Counted from the first letter of the stretch, positions 39,569 through 51,866 are shown. The stretch is 64,000 bases of DNA from Leucoraja erinacea (GCF_028641065.1 NC_073394.1:11656001-11720000), one strand, 5' to 3'. The notes: generated from the letters alone by a model not told the origin. Translations and numbers: made by a program.

Positions 39569-42500
39569 ACCAAAATTTTGTAAAGCTGCAACATTACTTC
39601 CTAACTCTTATACTCAATGCCCCAGCCGATGAAGGCAAACATATCATACACCTTCTTTACCACTCTATATACTTGTGTTGCCAATAATATGTCCGTGATA
39701 ACCACCGGGTAAAACAGCGAGAGATCCAAGTCCCCATCACCAGTATCACTCCAATAACCCATCGCTCCAGCAGCCCTGGGTTCGAGCCTAACCTCAGACG
39801 CTGTCTGTGTGGGGCTTGCACGTTCTCCCCTATGGGTTTACACCAAAGTTTATACCAAAGATAGACATAAAATACTGGAGTACCTCAGCAGGTCAGGCAG
39901 CATCATTAGAGAAAATGGATAGGTGACATATCGGGTTGGAACGCTTCTTCAGACTGAAATGCTGGAGTAACTGGAACTTCATGTTGGAACCCTTCATCAC
40001 CTGTTGAGTTGCTCCAGCATTTTGTTTCTATCTTTGGGAAGGAACTGTTCCTGAATCTGAGGGCGTGCAATTTCAAACGTCTGTGTCTTAGCCTGATGGG
40101 AGTGGGGAGAGGATGGAGTGAGACTGCTCCTTGATAATGCTGGCTGGTGGCCTTGCTGATGTAGCGTGAGATGTAGGTGGAGTCCATGGAAGGTCCACCT
40201 CAAGGTCTGCAGAGGCTCAAGAAGGCACCTTCTGAAGGGCGACAAGGGGCGGTAATTAAGTGCCGGCTCAGACCACGTCCCTTGAAGAAACAAATAAATT
40301 GGGGGCAAGCGGTCATTTCAATGCTGTAATATCACAGAAGTGTAACGTATTCGAAGCAGCTGAGAAATGTGCTCTGTAACAGCGTCCCAGGAGAGTTCAA
40401 ACAATGCGGCTCGCATTACGTAATCGTGCTCCGTCCACACAGGTTCAGTGGCTGGAAGTCCTGCTTCGTATATGTAATGGTTCATTGATAGGCCTCCCAC
40501 ATTACTGAGTGTGACATTTGTGTGGCTGATCGCAACCCAGAGGTGAAGTAATTAGGGCTGTCAACCGGGGTCGAGGTTTGCTGAGGGAAAGCTGTGTGTG
40601 GAATGATGCACCGGCCCCTTCGCAATCTGGTGCAAGCCCAGAGGGCATATCGCTTAAGCTCGTGTCATCAAAACATGTCGATGCTCGGGAATCAATCAGA
40701 CCTCCTATGACCAGAGGGCTCTGATATGTTGTCATTGCCGCTCTTGTTCCTGAGCTCATTGTTTTCCCTTGCTGTCGAATTGCTGGTCAATGTCTCCCAG
40801 CGACTCCAATTAGCTCATTGCCAACAAAGGACTGAACCTCTTGGTGCTCCGGGACTCATCCCTGCTTCTGTATTAAACGCTCCTAGATCCTGCACTAGGA
40901 GGCTTGTGAGGAATTCCAGTTTGGAACGGGTGGTGAATCTCTGGAAATCTTTTGTCATGCAGACGGGTTCACTGGGAGGGTATTTAAAATAATAATCAGT
41001 ATTAATATTATCAGTGTCCATGTGGAGTTTGCAGGTTCTCCCAGTGACCCTATGGGTTGCCTCCGGGTGCTCTTGTTTTCCTCCCACATCCCAAGGAAGT
41101 AAGGGTTTGTAGGTGAGTTGAGCTCTGTAACTTGGCCCTCGTGTGTAGGGAGCAGACGTGACACTGGGATAATGTAGAGCTAGTGTCAACGGGTGTAGAA
41201 AGGAACTGCAGATGCTGGTTTATACCGAAGATAGACACAAAGTGCTGGAGTAACTCAGCGGTTCAGGCAGCAACTCTGGAGAAAAAGGATGGGTGATGTT
41301 TCGGGTTGGGACCTTTTCTTCAGACTGAAAGTAGAGGGGAGGGAACTGGAGGTAAGAAAAGTCTGGAACAAAGCAGTGCCAGCAACAGATGCCCAAGGTA
41401 GGGTGGAGCCCACAAGGGTCCACTGTTGGCTGGGGAAGAGGTGAAAACAAAGGGATGCAAGGATGAGCTGGAGAGCAGTAGGAATTGCAGGTGGGAGCAG
41501 TGGGAGAGGGTCTCACAGAACTCCTGGCGGAGGGAGGAGTAGAACCCCTTCAAAGTAGGCGGGTGATGGAAGGTCAGCGTGGACTGAGCCAAAGCACCTA
41601 TTTCCATGCTGTATCTTTAAACAAACTTAAACGGGAGGTGGAAACATCTTTGGAAGATCGGGGGGGGGGGGGGGGGGGGGGGGTATTGAGAGCTACGATG
41701 ATGATCTGACACAGTGAGTGGGATAAGGCTATGCTCATGCTTGTTGTGGTTCTATTATAAGGTCAAACCAGCCACTGCCACCCTCTAACTCTTTCCTCAA
41801 TGCCCTTAAAATGGCTTCATTTCTCACATCAGGCAGCCCAGTGGCACTGCTGGTGCCACTTCACAGCTCCAGAGATCCATGTTCGATCCTGACCTGGGGT
41901 GCTGTCTGCATGGAGTTGTCATGTTCTCCTCGTGAGCGCATGAGTTTCCCTTGGGTGCTCCGTATTCCTCTCACATTGCAAAGACACGTGGGGTTTGGTG
42001 GATGAACTGCCCACTTAAATTGTCGCTGTAGTGTGGGTGAGTGGTGGAATCTGGGTGGAATCGATGGGAATGTGGAGAGAATCAAAAAATGGGATTGATG
42101 TAGGACTGGTGCGACTGTGACGTTGATGGTCGGGTCGAGGGACTTGTTCCCTTGCTGTGTGGCTGGGACCATGAATTTCATTTTGAAAGAGCAATGAACA
42201 AACCAGATGCTGACAATCAATAAACTACAGTTGCTAGAACTTAAAAAAAAATCAAATGATGGATTCAGAACCAAAATATGAACTGTTTCTCTCTCCACAG
42301 TTGCTGCCTGACCTGGTGAGTGTTTCTGGCATTTACTGTATCTTTATGGCAACCTGTTGCTTTCTCTGTCACCCCTGACATGAGTCCGTTAATCCAGATT
42401 TATTTAATAAACAGAATTTGAAACTCTGACTGCCAGTAATATATATGTCATCAAATCATTACTCTAGCCGCCTGGCTGGTTAGCCCAGTAACACAAATAC

Positions 42501-42569
42501 AATGCCATGGTATCTTTATTTAATTTAAGTATCTAATTTAAGAATAACAACATACTTTTTTTGGACAGG

Positions 42570-42807
42570 NNNNNNNNNNNNNNNNNNNNNNNNNNNNNNN
42601 NNNNNNNNNNNNNNNNNNNNNNNNNNNNNNNNNNNNNNNNNNNNNNNNNNNNNNNNNNNNNNNNNNNNNNNNNNNNNNNNNNNNNNNNNNNNNNNNNNNN
42701 NNNNNNNNNNNNNNNNNNNNNNNNNNNNNNNNNNNNNNNNNNNNNNNNNNNNNNNNNNNNNNNNNNNNNNNNNNNNNNNNNNNNNNNNNNNNNNNNNNNN
42801 NNNNNNN
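42570..42807. other. Assembly gap (N run)
   Basis: Direct reading. Confidence 0.99.
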
Positions 42808-44504
42808 ATAATTATGGAGGCATAGATTGGGTAGACAGTCAGAACCTTTTTTTCCCAGGATGGAAATGTCAAAGGCTAGAGGGCATAGATTTTAGGAGAC
42901 AGAGGCAAAGTTGAAGGGAGATACGCGGGGCAAGGTTGTTACACAGAGAGCGGTTGGTATCTGGAACATCTTGGAATAAATGTAGAATGGAGCAACCCAC
43001 CATCAACTCCATGCCTTGGGAAAGCAGCCAACATTATCAGGGACTACTTTCATCCCGGTCATTCCCCCCTCCCCCCTCTCCCATGGATCAGAAGATACAA
43101 AAGCTTGATAGCATGTAGCACCAGATTCAGGTTCTTCCGCACTGTTATCCAATTCAATTCAATTCAATATTTATTCCATGTCATTGAACCTCAGTGAGGC
43201 TCAAACGAAACTCCATTTCTACAGCCATACAAACAAAACAATTCCTACAAGACACACAAACAATCCAATTCACACAAACATCCATCACAGTGAATCTCCT
43301 CCTCCTCCGACTGCTGAACAGTCCTCCCATAAGCTGATGGTGTAGTCCCGATCTTCCAACCTACCTCATTGTGGGCCCTGCACTTTATTTTAACCAACGC
43401 TTTCTCTGCAACTGTAAAGCTATGATGCTATTACACTATATTCTGCACTCTGGTGTTTTTCAGGACAGGTAGAAAATAATAAACAATACAATACTTACAG
43501 GACATTTAAATATGAGAAGGGAGAGGAGTTGACCAACAGGACAACTAGGAAACTGATCGACCGGGGGAAACACAGATGTGTCTGACTAACTAATGACTCT
43601 ATATCGATTGCAATATAGTTGACTATTAACGAGCCTCTGATACAGTCCAGCAACCCACTCAGTTCTCGGGCAATAGATGACGGGTTGGCCATTACACAGT
43701 GCATGGATGAATCCACAAAGGGCCCATAATGCTGGGACTTTACCACCTTACACAGAGGGTGATGGGTTGAGGAACATCAGAGGGTGTGGGGTAAGGGACA
43801 GAGGGGGATGATGAGAGAGAGAGGGGATGCCTTTGCTCAACATTCAGGCACTCAGCACTGTAACTGTATGTTGCTATGCAGCCAGAAGCCATTTGGTCCA
43901 TCATGCTCATGCTGGTCCTTTGCCCAATTTTATAAAGTATGAAATATGGAAGCCAATTCGTGCACAGCAAGATGTCGTAAGTGAAAGAAAGGCCAACTAC
44001 ATCATCCCACAGCCCTTTCCAGTATCATCAAAAACCCACACCACCCTGGCCACACTGAGCTCGCCGCTACCATCAGCAAGAAGGTACAGGAGCCTGAAAA
44101 CTGTGACCACTAGGTTCTTCCATGCAAACACCAGGCTCTTCAACACCACACAACACTAGCGTCGGCAACGATGATCTTCTATCAGCTTTGTCTTTGGTTG
44201 CACTACAGAGTTCAGTTTTTGTACTATTATGGTTAATTAATATTCCAGTGATTAATTTATTGTATTTTAATTGGTGTGTTATTATCTGTGCGTTATGGGA
44301 TTAGTGTAGATAAATGGGATTAGTGTACACTAATCTACACCATATTAGTGTAGATGGTTGGCCTGGATGTGTTGAGAAGATGGGTCTGCTTCTGTGCTTC
44401 ACGGCTCTATGAGCTGAAATGTTTCAGATGCTTCCTGACTCACTGAGAGTTTCCAGCATTTTCTAGTTTTATATCAGAACCTCAACATCTGCATTTCTTT
44501 TTCA

Positions 44505-44870
44505 TGAGAAGTGTACAAAATCATGAGAGGAATAAATTGAGTAGACACACAGTCTCTTGCCCAGAGTAGGGGAATCAAGAACCAGAGGACACAGGTTTAA
44601 GGTGAGGGGGGAAAAGATTTACTTGGAACCTGAGGGATAACATTTAAAGAGTAGTGGGTGCATGGAACGAGCTGCAGGAGGAGGTAGTTGAGGCAGGTAC
44701 TATTGCAATATTTAGGAAACACTTGGACATGTTCATAGATAAGATAGCTTAAGAGGGATATGGGTCAAACATTGGCAGGTGGGACAAGGGTAGATGGGAC
44801 ATGGTGGTCGGTGTGGCCACGTTGCATCGAAGGGCCTGTTTGCACACTGCATGACCCTATGACTCCATGA
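44505..44870 (+). mobile_element. CR1 LINE 3' fragment
   Basis: gtgtacaaaatcatgagagg...gggcctgttt...ctatgactccatga. Confidence 0.7.
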
Positions 44871-45647
44871 CACTGCGGGCCCTTCCACAACCTTGAGAAC
44901 AGATGGGGCCTCAGTTCAATTATGCTCTGAACATCAGCCCTTCTGACAACCCCCTCAGCACCACACAGGAACATCAGCAAGGTTGGTCATGGTTCAGCAT
45001 CTGTGGACAGGGTTAAGTCCACAAGCTGAATCAGAGGCAAGGGAAATCTGGAGCAGACATTACACAGAGAGTGATCTGGGGAAATCCATGCCTAGATCAG
45101 GAGTCCCAGCAGAGAATTCACCCTGAAGGCCATACGGTTGCATTCATTAGTAGAAGCAATCAACTGCAGATGCTGGTTTATAAAAATAGACACAAAGTGC
45201 TGGAGTAACACATCGAGTCAGGCAGCATCTCTGAAGAACGTGGATAGGTGACATTTCAGGCTGGGACCCTCCTTCAGATGGCCTGAAGAAACGTCATCTA
45301 TCCATGTTCTTCGGAGATGCCTCCTGACCAGCTGAGTTACGCCAGCACATTGTCTCTTGTGTTGTACTCATTCTTCCTTCTCATCCGCTACCTTGTTTGC
45401 AAACTTTCTTGCAGCATTCGATAATAAAATATATGCAGCACAAACATAGACCATTCAACCCCACAGCTCCACACTGGATCCCATTCCCCCGCATCAGCCT
45501 GCGTTCAGCCCTCTTCGTCTCCCCCGTCACCAGAACGTTGTACTCCTTCGTCCAGATTCCCACAACACACTCTCCTCCCTGCTCTCCGGGGATAGGAACG
45601 TCTCCCGAGTTCACACATGAATTTGATGTCTGCCGTGAACTTTTACA

Positions 45648-45905
45648 CTTTAGACGCAGCGCGGAAACAGGCTCTTCGTCCCACGGAGTCTGCGCTGACC
45701 AGCGGTCCCCGTAACACTTACACCGCAGGGACAATTTTACAATGTTACCGAAGCCAATTAACCTACAAACCTGCTTGTCTTTGGAGTGTGGGAGAAAACC
45801 GAAACACCCGGAAAAAAGCCCGATCTGTACAGATTACACGCATGTTCAGCATTGAACCCGGGTCTCTGGCACTGTATTTAGGCAGCAACTCTACTGCTGT
45901 GCCAT
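45648..45905 (-). mobile_element. HE1-type SINE, reverse orientation
   Basis: Reverse complement of SINE head and tail. Confidence 0.7.
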
Positions 45906-46111
45906 TGTACCAAGTACTATAGTTACCCTAGTACTTATAATTATGACCCTTAGTTCTCATCACACACACGTGGAAGTGTCAACAGTAAAAAAAAACACCA
46001 GATAAAAATCGTTATCTTTTTGAAGATCAATTTGAAAGTGATTAGTGGGTTAATTTGCCACTCAATTAATGGTAAAGCAATCAAAGGGATTTGATCTAAG
46101 TGTGAGCGAGC

Positions 46112-46408
46112 GCGGCACGGTGGCACAGAGAGTTGTTGCCTCACAGAGGCCCGGGGTTGATCATGACCCCCTGCTGTCTGTCTGTACGGAGTTTGTGCGT
46201 TTTCCCTGTGACCGCAGGGTTTTCTCTGGGTGTTCCAGTTTCCTCCCACACTCCAAACACAAACAGGTTTGGAGGTTAATTGGCTTTGGTAAATTGCAAC
46301 ATTGTCTCTCGTGTGTAGGATAGTGTTAGTGTATGGGATGGTCGCTAGTCGGCACAGACTCGGTGGGCTGAAGGGCCTGCTTCCACGCTGTATCTCTAAA
46401 GTCTAAAG
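46112..46408 (+). mobile_element. HE1-type SINE
   Basis: gcggcacggtggcacag head; gggcctgcttccacgctgtatctctaaagtctaaag tail. Confidence 0.78.
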
Positions 46409-47039
46409 ATTCAATTGCAGAAATGGAAGAAAATAAGAAAGAGAATCAGCATGGATCTAATGGGCCAAATGACCTCCTTCAGAGTTATTACAACACGATA
46501 AACACTTTCCTGAGTATTTTAGTAACAGAAAATAAATAAAATGTATTTCATGGTACATTAGTATTTTAGTATTTCATTCATTTATCATTGTGCCAACATA
46601 CTTAATAACAGATTTTAAAATATATGTCCAGCATATAACTGTCAATGGAGACACAGAATACAAGCAAGGGACTGCATGTTCCGGGTACCACTTATTGTGA
46701 AGTAGTTATAGAGTCACAAAAATAAGTGCAGCAGAGGAACAGGCCCTTCGGCCCACCGGGGTCATGCCAACCAACGACCACCCATTTACGCTGATCCTAC
46801 ATTTGTGCTCTTTTCTTTATTCTCGCCACGTTTTTTGGCAATCACAAATCACAGGATGAATGTGACCTGGAACATTGCTCACAAACCCACTCTAAACAAA
46901 TGCAAAAGGAATTTACTAAAGAGAATTAGATGCATACAGGGTAAGGAAGAAGGCAGTGGGTTAATTGTACTTATCTTTCGGTGGGCTAGTACTGGGACGA
47001 TGGGACGAACGGCCACTCCCTGACACATTTCAGAAGTAG

Positions 47040-47215
47040 GGGTTTAAGAAGCCAGCAGAGGCATTTCTGAATCCACGGAGCTGGTACACATGTCAGGTTG
47101 ACGGACAGGCTAATCTGACACCCACACTACACTTTAGATGCGATCAGTGCTTTTAAAAATCTCGCCAGCAACACCAACGCCCCATATATAAACCCCACTA
47201 CCCCTCACCCCCACA
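47040..47215 (+). promoter_or_regulatory. Gene A core promoter with TATA box
   Basis: TATATAAA at 47185-47192 in non-repetitive sequence upstream of the inferred exon 1. Confidence 0.65.
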
Positions 47216-47303
47216 AACAAGTGCTTCGGGCAAACCGAGCAAGTTATTCCAGCAGCCAACACAAGCAAAGAGTTTTGTCAACTCTCTCAACACTTTGATC
47301 TGG
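47215..47303 (+). other. PTH: Gene A non-coding exon 1 (5' UTR); TSS approximate
   Basis: Starts ~25-30 nt downstream of TATATAAA (47185-47192) and ends at consensus donor G|GTGAGT (47304-47309). PTH genes have a non-coding first exon. Confidence 0.7.
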
Positions 47304-47988
47304 GTGAGTGCTGCTCACATTGTTGTAACGGCGCGCACGTTTAATGGGTCTGGGCTCAATGTAGAAATTCTAGGGCGTTTGATGTCTTGAGTAGAACACC
47401 GAGATTTGTCCTTAATCTTCTGGGCTCCGTTCTTAAGAAATGAAACCTCCCGTTTAGTTAAACTCTGTGTGGCAATGTTAAGTCAACTCGTTCAGCGAAG
47501 CCGATGAATTGAAGAAGGGTCCCGGCCCGAAACATCGCCTGTCCATGTTCTCCAGAGATGCTGCCTGACCCGCTGAGTTACTCTAGAATTCTGTGTCTTT
47601 ATTTCCCGGTGTAATTTGTGCAAGCAGATCGTTTCATTGGGACTCGACTTAACTGGATTTGACACGGTGTCCTCTGATTAGATACCCCAATCTCTATTAA
47701 ATGGGTTGTTTTGTTGTAGTGATTGATTTTAGACAAAAATGCTGGAGAAACTCAGCGGGTGAGGCAACATCTATGAAGAGAAGGAATAGGCGACGTTTCG
47801 GGTTGAGGAACCCTTCCTCAGGGTTCTTTAATGGCGAGGAAGGGTCTCGACCCGACTTCTCTCTATAGATGCTGCCTCGGCCGCTGAGTTTCTCCAGTAT
47901 TTTTGTCTACCTTCGATTTTTTTTCCCAGCATCTGCAGTTCTTTCTTAAATAGTGATTGATTTTGATCGATTTTTATTTACAGTCTCA

Positions 47989-48080
47989 ATGGGCTCGCTC
48001 GGAATTCGCTCCCAATCTCAGGGGTTGATCGTTCTCTGCACCCTCTGTACCGCTTTGCTATCGGAGAGTCGGCCAATAAG
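47989..48080 (+). CDS. PTH: Parathyroid hormone family gene A, coding exon 1 of 2 (gene exon 2): signal and pro peptide MGSLGIRSQSQGLIVLCTLCTALLSESRPI(R)
   Basis: Acceptor tttttatttacAG ends at 47983, ATG follows 5 nt later at 47989 (same spacing as mammalian PTH exon 2), hydrophobic core LIVLCTLCTALL, donor AG|GTGAT at 48081. Phase-2 intron joins in frame to the 49752 exon to give PI-R-R-SVSE. Confidence 0.9.
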
Positions 48081-48799
48081 GTGATAAATCGTCGAACTAG
48101 AAATGTTTCGTTTACGCATAGTCAGTCTGATCGGCCAATCATCTGCATAATGTCTTGTTTTTTTGTGTGTTCAAGAATGTCTTGTTTTGAGATATGTTTG
48201 TGTCATATTGATGTATTTGTTCAGGCTGCAGGCAGTATTTGACTTATTTTCAGAATAATATCCATCTGTCTTGTTTTGAGATATGTCTCAATATATTTGT
48301 ACACTTTCAATATCCTTGCTTAAGATGCCTATTTGCTTTATTTTCAGAATTACTTCTAAGATTATATTTATCTTAGTTTGAGACATGCACTGATTTTTAA
48401 ATTTGTTTTAGTTGTGCCGAAGATCTCTGTATTCATCTTACTTTCAAATCTGTGTTTAATGACATTTGGTGTATAAAATGTAGAGATTGAAGGAGATGCA
48501 TGTGAACCTCTGTCTCACCTGAAGGGGCTGCTGGGGTCTTTGGGTGGATGTGAGGGACGAGGTATAGGGACAAATGCTATCTGACTCGTGAAATTCCTTC
48601 AGAACATTTTTTTAATTTGCTCAAGATTCCGGCATCTGCAGCCTCTCATGTCTGCTTGAGATCAGGTTATCGTCAGTATTGCTTATGGCCGCCGTGGGGT
48701 TTCTTGTTTGCAAATTGTCTGCGCGCTTCTAGTATTGGAAAAGAGAACACACTGTCAAGCTAAAAACGAAATACATGGGGAAGCTCTGAGGTAGAGAAA

Positions 48800-49700
48800 G
48801 GGGCTTGTGGCAACACAGATAGAGTGGTAAAGAAGGCATATGGTATGCTCGCCTTCATCGGGTGGAACCTTGAGTATAAGAGACACAAAGTCATAATGCA
48901 GCTTTTCAGGACTTTGGTTACGTTTACTTTGGATTACTGCCTGCAGTTCTGGTCGCCCCATTACAGGAAGGGTGTGGAGACTTCCGAGAAGATGCAAGAA
49001 GTTTATCAAAATGCTGCCTGAACTAGGGGACATTAACTACAAGGAGACATTGGATAAACCTGGATTGTTTTCTCTAGAGCGTCAGAGGTTGAGGAAAGAC
49101 CTGATAGACGTATATACAATTCTGAGAGTCATAGATAGGGTAGACAGTCAGAACCTTTTCCCCCAGGGTGAAGATGTCAAAGACTAAAGTGCATAGATTT
49201 AAGGAAAAATGGGCAAAGGTTAAAGGATATTCCAAAGACTTGGCTTAGGTAAAATTGTAAATTGTCCCTGTGGTGCAGGGGAATGCTAGTTTACGGGGTG
49301 ACCGCTCGTTGGCGCGGCCTGTTTCACGCTGTATCTCTCAAGTCTAAAAGCCTAAAGATATGTGTGGGACACGCCTAAAGATATGTGTGGGACACGTTTT
49401 AGTACACAGAGATTGGTGGGTGCCTGAAACACGATGGTGGAAGCAGAAAAGCTAGTGGTGTTCATAAGTTATGGGAGCAGCGTTAGTCCATTCGGCAAGA
49501 TCAAGTCTACTCCGTTATTCAATCACAGCTGATCCATGATTCTCTCTCAACCCCATTCTCCTGCCTTTGCCCCATAACTCCTGACACCCGCACTAATCAA
49601 TGGAGGGATTTGGATCATGTATGAGCAGATGGGATTAGTTTAACTTTGCATCATGCTCAGCCCCGATATTGTATTCCTGTGTTATATTTTTTGCTATGTT
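48800..49700 (+). mobile_element. Nested CR1/SINE fragments in intron 2 of gene A
   Basis: VKKAYGMLAFI...LDYCLQFWSPHYRK; SINE tail at ~49240-49350. Confidence 0.75.
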
Positions 49701-49751
49701 CTAATGTACTTCCAGTGCGATTGAGCTATTCCAATCTTGTTTTTCCTCCAG

Positions 49752-50082
49752 GAGGTCGGTGAGTGAGATGCAACTGATGCACGATATGGGGAGGCATCTG
49801 TACGATAGTAAGAGGCAAGAGCTGATTAAAGATGTGGTAAGAGATGTCCACACAGCCAGCGAGAAGCATATCACCCCTTACACCGAGTCTCTGAGCCCTA
49901 AACACCCTCGCTCGTGCAAGCTCTCACCCGCGGTGAGAAGGCAACAGAGCAGGGCAAAGAGCAGGAGGCCGAGGAACAGCGAGAAAGAGGGAATCAAGAG
50001 CGTGAGTGCTGACGACTTCTCGGACATGGGAACACCGCAAGATCTCGACAGTCTTCCAAAGACTCCTGACGATATTGCCTGA
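49752..50082 (+). CDS. PTH: Parathyroid hormone family gene A, coding exon 2 of 2 (gene exon 3): dibasic RR plus 108-aa mature peptide SVSEMQLMHDMGRHLYDSKRQELIKDVVRDVHTA...PDDIA
   Basis: Polypyrimidine acceptor cttgtttttcctccAG ends at 49751. The N-terminus SVSEMQLMH..G..L....R...........VH matches the PTH(1-34) signature. TGA stop ends at 50082. Confidence 0.93.
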
Positions 50083-50270
50083 AGATCTTGTTCATAATTT
50101 CCCTGATTTGAACAAGATAGATTGCTGCTATATTCCTTTGATTTCAATACTCATTTGAAAACTAAATGTAAGCTAAAAGCGATCAATGCCCAAAGTATTA
50201 GGGATGGAGAAGCAATGTGGTTAAATCTAAAAAAAGCCCTCTAAAATAACAACGGCAATTTGATTTGGGT

Positions 50271-50276
50271 AATAAA
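50271..50276 (+). terminator. Candidate polyadenylation signal of gene A
   Basis: First AATAAA ~190 nt after the stop. Alternative distal AATAAA at 52932 and 53691 in AT-rich unique sequence. Confidence 0.45.
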
Positions 50277-50780
50277 TGTTGACCTTTCCAGCAAAGCCCA
50301 GATCCTTAAAAATGAATAAGTCAAATGAGTGTCCTTTTATTTCAAGATTTGTGTTCACTTTGCATGAAGGGTATATTATAAAACCAATGTCAGCTTCTTT
50401 TAACTGTTGATACTAAAGTTGCCACGCAAATTTGGCATCACGTCCACTCTTTGCACAGAACATGGCAAGCAAATCACCTTATCCCAGTGAGATGAGATGC
50501 AACAACAACCTGCATCGACATTGCACCAAGCACAGAGCAAAGAGTGGCAAAACCATAACTCAATGGGGGGGAAACCTCTTACCTTTGGCCACAAAGGTGC
50601 CTCCTTCAGTTTACTGTAAGATCTGGTGGTTAGATCGTAGATATATATTATTTTGTAAAACACTGGTGTAGTTTTAAAATATATTTGGCTTTTCTTCTAC
50701 ACGCTTTGGGTTAGAAATGAAGGGGAGATGAACCCTTATTATGCCATTAACATTAATTATGATACAAAATGCTGGAGTTA

Positions 50781-51122
50781 TGGGTCTGTCCCACTTACGC
50801 AACTTTTTCAGTGACTGCCGGCACCCATCATAGGTCATTGCAGGTCGACGAAAATGTTCAACATGTTGAAAATCCAGCGGTGACCAGAAAGACGCTACGA
50901 CTCTTTGGGCGGCTGAGGAGACGACTCATGACCATACAGGCAACACCCTGGTGTCATGTCGCGGGGGTGAAGCCTGTACGGTCGTGAGTAATCGCACAAA
51001 GAGTTGTACCTTGTTCTGGTCGCCGCTGGATTTTCAACATGTTTAACATTTTCGGCGACCTGCAACGACCTATGACGGGTGTCGGTAGTTGCCGAAAAAG
51101 TTGCGCAAGTGGGACTGACCCA
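50781..51122. mobile_element. PIF/Harbinger-type MITE (342 bp, near-palindromic) inserted in a Penelope-derived repeat
   Basis: ~110-bp TIRs TGGGTCTGTCCCACTTACGCAACTTTTT / AAAAAGTTGCGCAAGTGGGACTGACCCA; flanked by TTA and TAA, splitting the host ggagTAActcag. Confidence 0.85.
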
Positions 51123-51475
51123 TAACTCAGTGGGTCAGGCAGGATCTCTGGGAAAAAATAGATAGGTGACGTTTCAGTCTGAAGAAGGGTCCCGACCTGA
51201 AACGTCACCTGTCCATTTTCTCCAGAGATCCAACCTGACCCGCTGATTTACTCCAGTATTTTGAGTCTATCTTTGGTTAAAACCTGTATCTGCAGTTCCT
51301 TTGTTGTTGCGTTATAACACAGTATGTTTTAATTTAAGTTCTTTGTTTCAATTTTAGTAACAAATATCCAATTGTCAACAAGTAACACCTCCAAAAACAA
51401 ATATCAAATTTTGCCAAGCATAATTTCATTAAACACATTCATTCGTTAATAAGTTGCACTGCCTTTCAAGACTTA

Positions 51476-51866
51476 AGGGCCTGTCTCACTTAGAAGACCT
51501 AAACAGCAACCTCTGGTGACCTTGCCCACCACCAAAGGTTTCCATGAGGTCACCGGAGGTTTTGGTCACTCTCCCTAATGGTTGAAAGTGGTTTCCGCGT
51601 GATCGAGACTTCATCTAGGTTGCTGTTATTTTTTCATCATGATTAAAGCCGGCCTCGACTAAAAATAGGTCACCGTTTAAAAAATTGATCATTTTTTAGT
51701 CGCATTTCTAGTCGAAGCCGGTTTTCAAACATAGTCGAGGAAGGTTTTCAACATATGCGTGGGAGGTGGTAGGAGGTTGCAGGTCACCTTGACCGTGAAT
51801 TTTTTTTGAGTGGCGGGCAAGGTCACCAGAGGTTGCTGTTTAGGTCTCCTAAGTGGGACAGGCCCT
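51476..51866. mobile_element. PIF/Harbinger-type MITE (391 bp)
   Basis: TIRs AGGGCCTGTCTCACTTAG...GGTGACCTTGCCC / GGGCAAGGTCACC...CTAAGTGGGACAGGCCCT; TTA TSD on both sides. Confidence 0.88.

Noticed and set aside
47509-47536. Sense hammerhead-like core in gene A intron 1
   Set aside because: Core is mutated (TTGAAGA instead of CTGAAGA; GAAACATC breaks the palindromic stem III), so predicted inactive.
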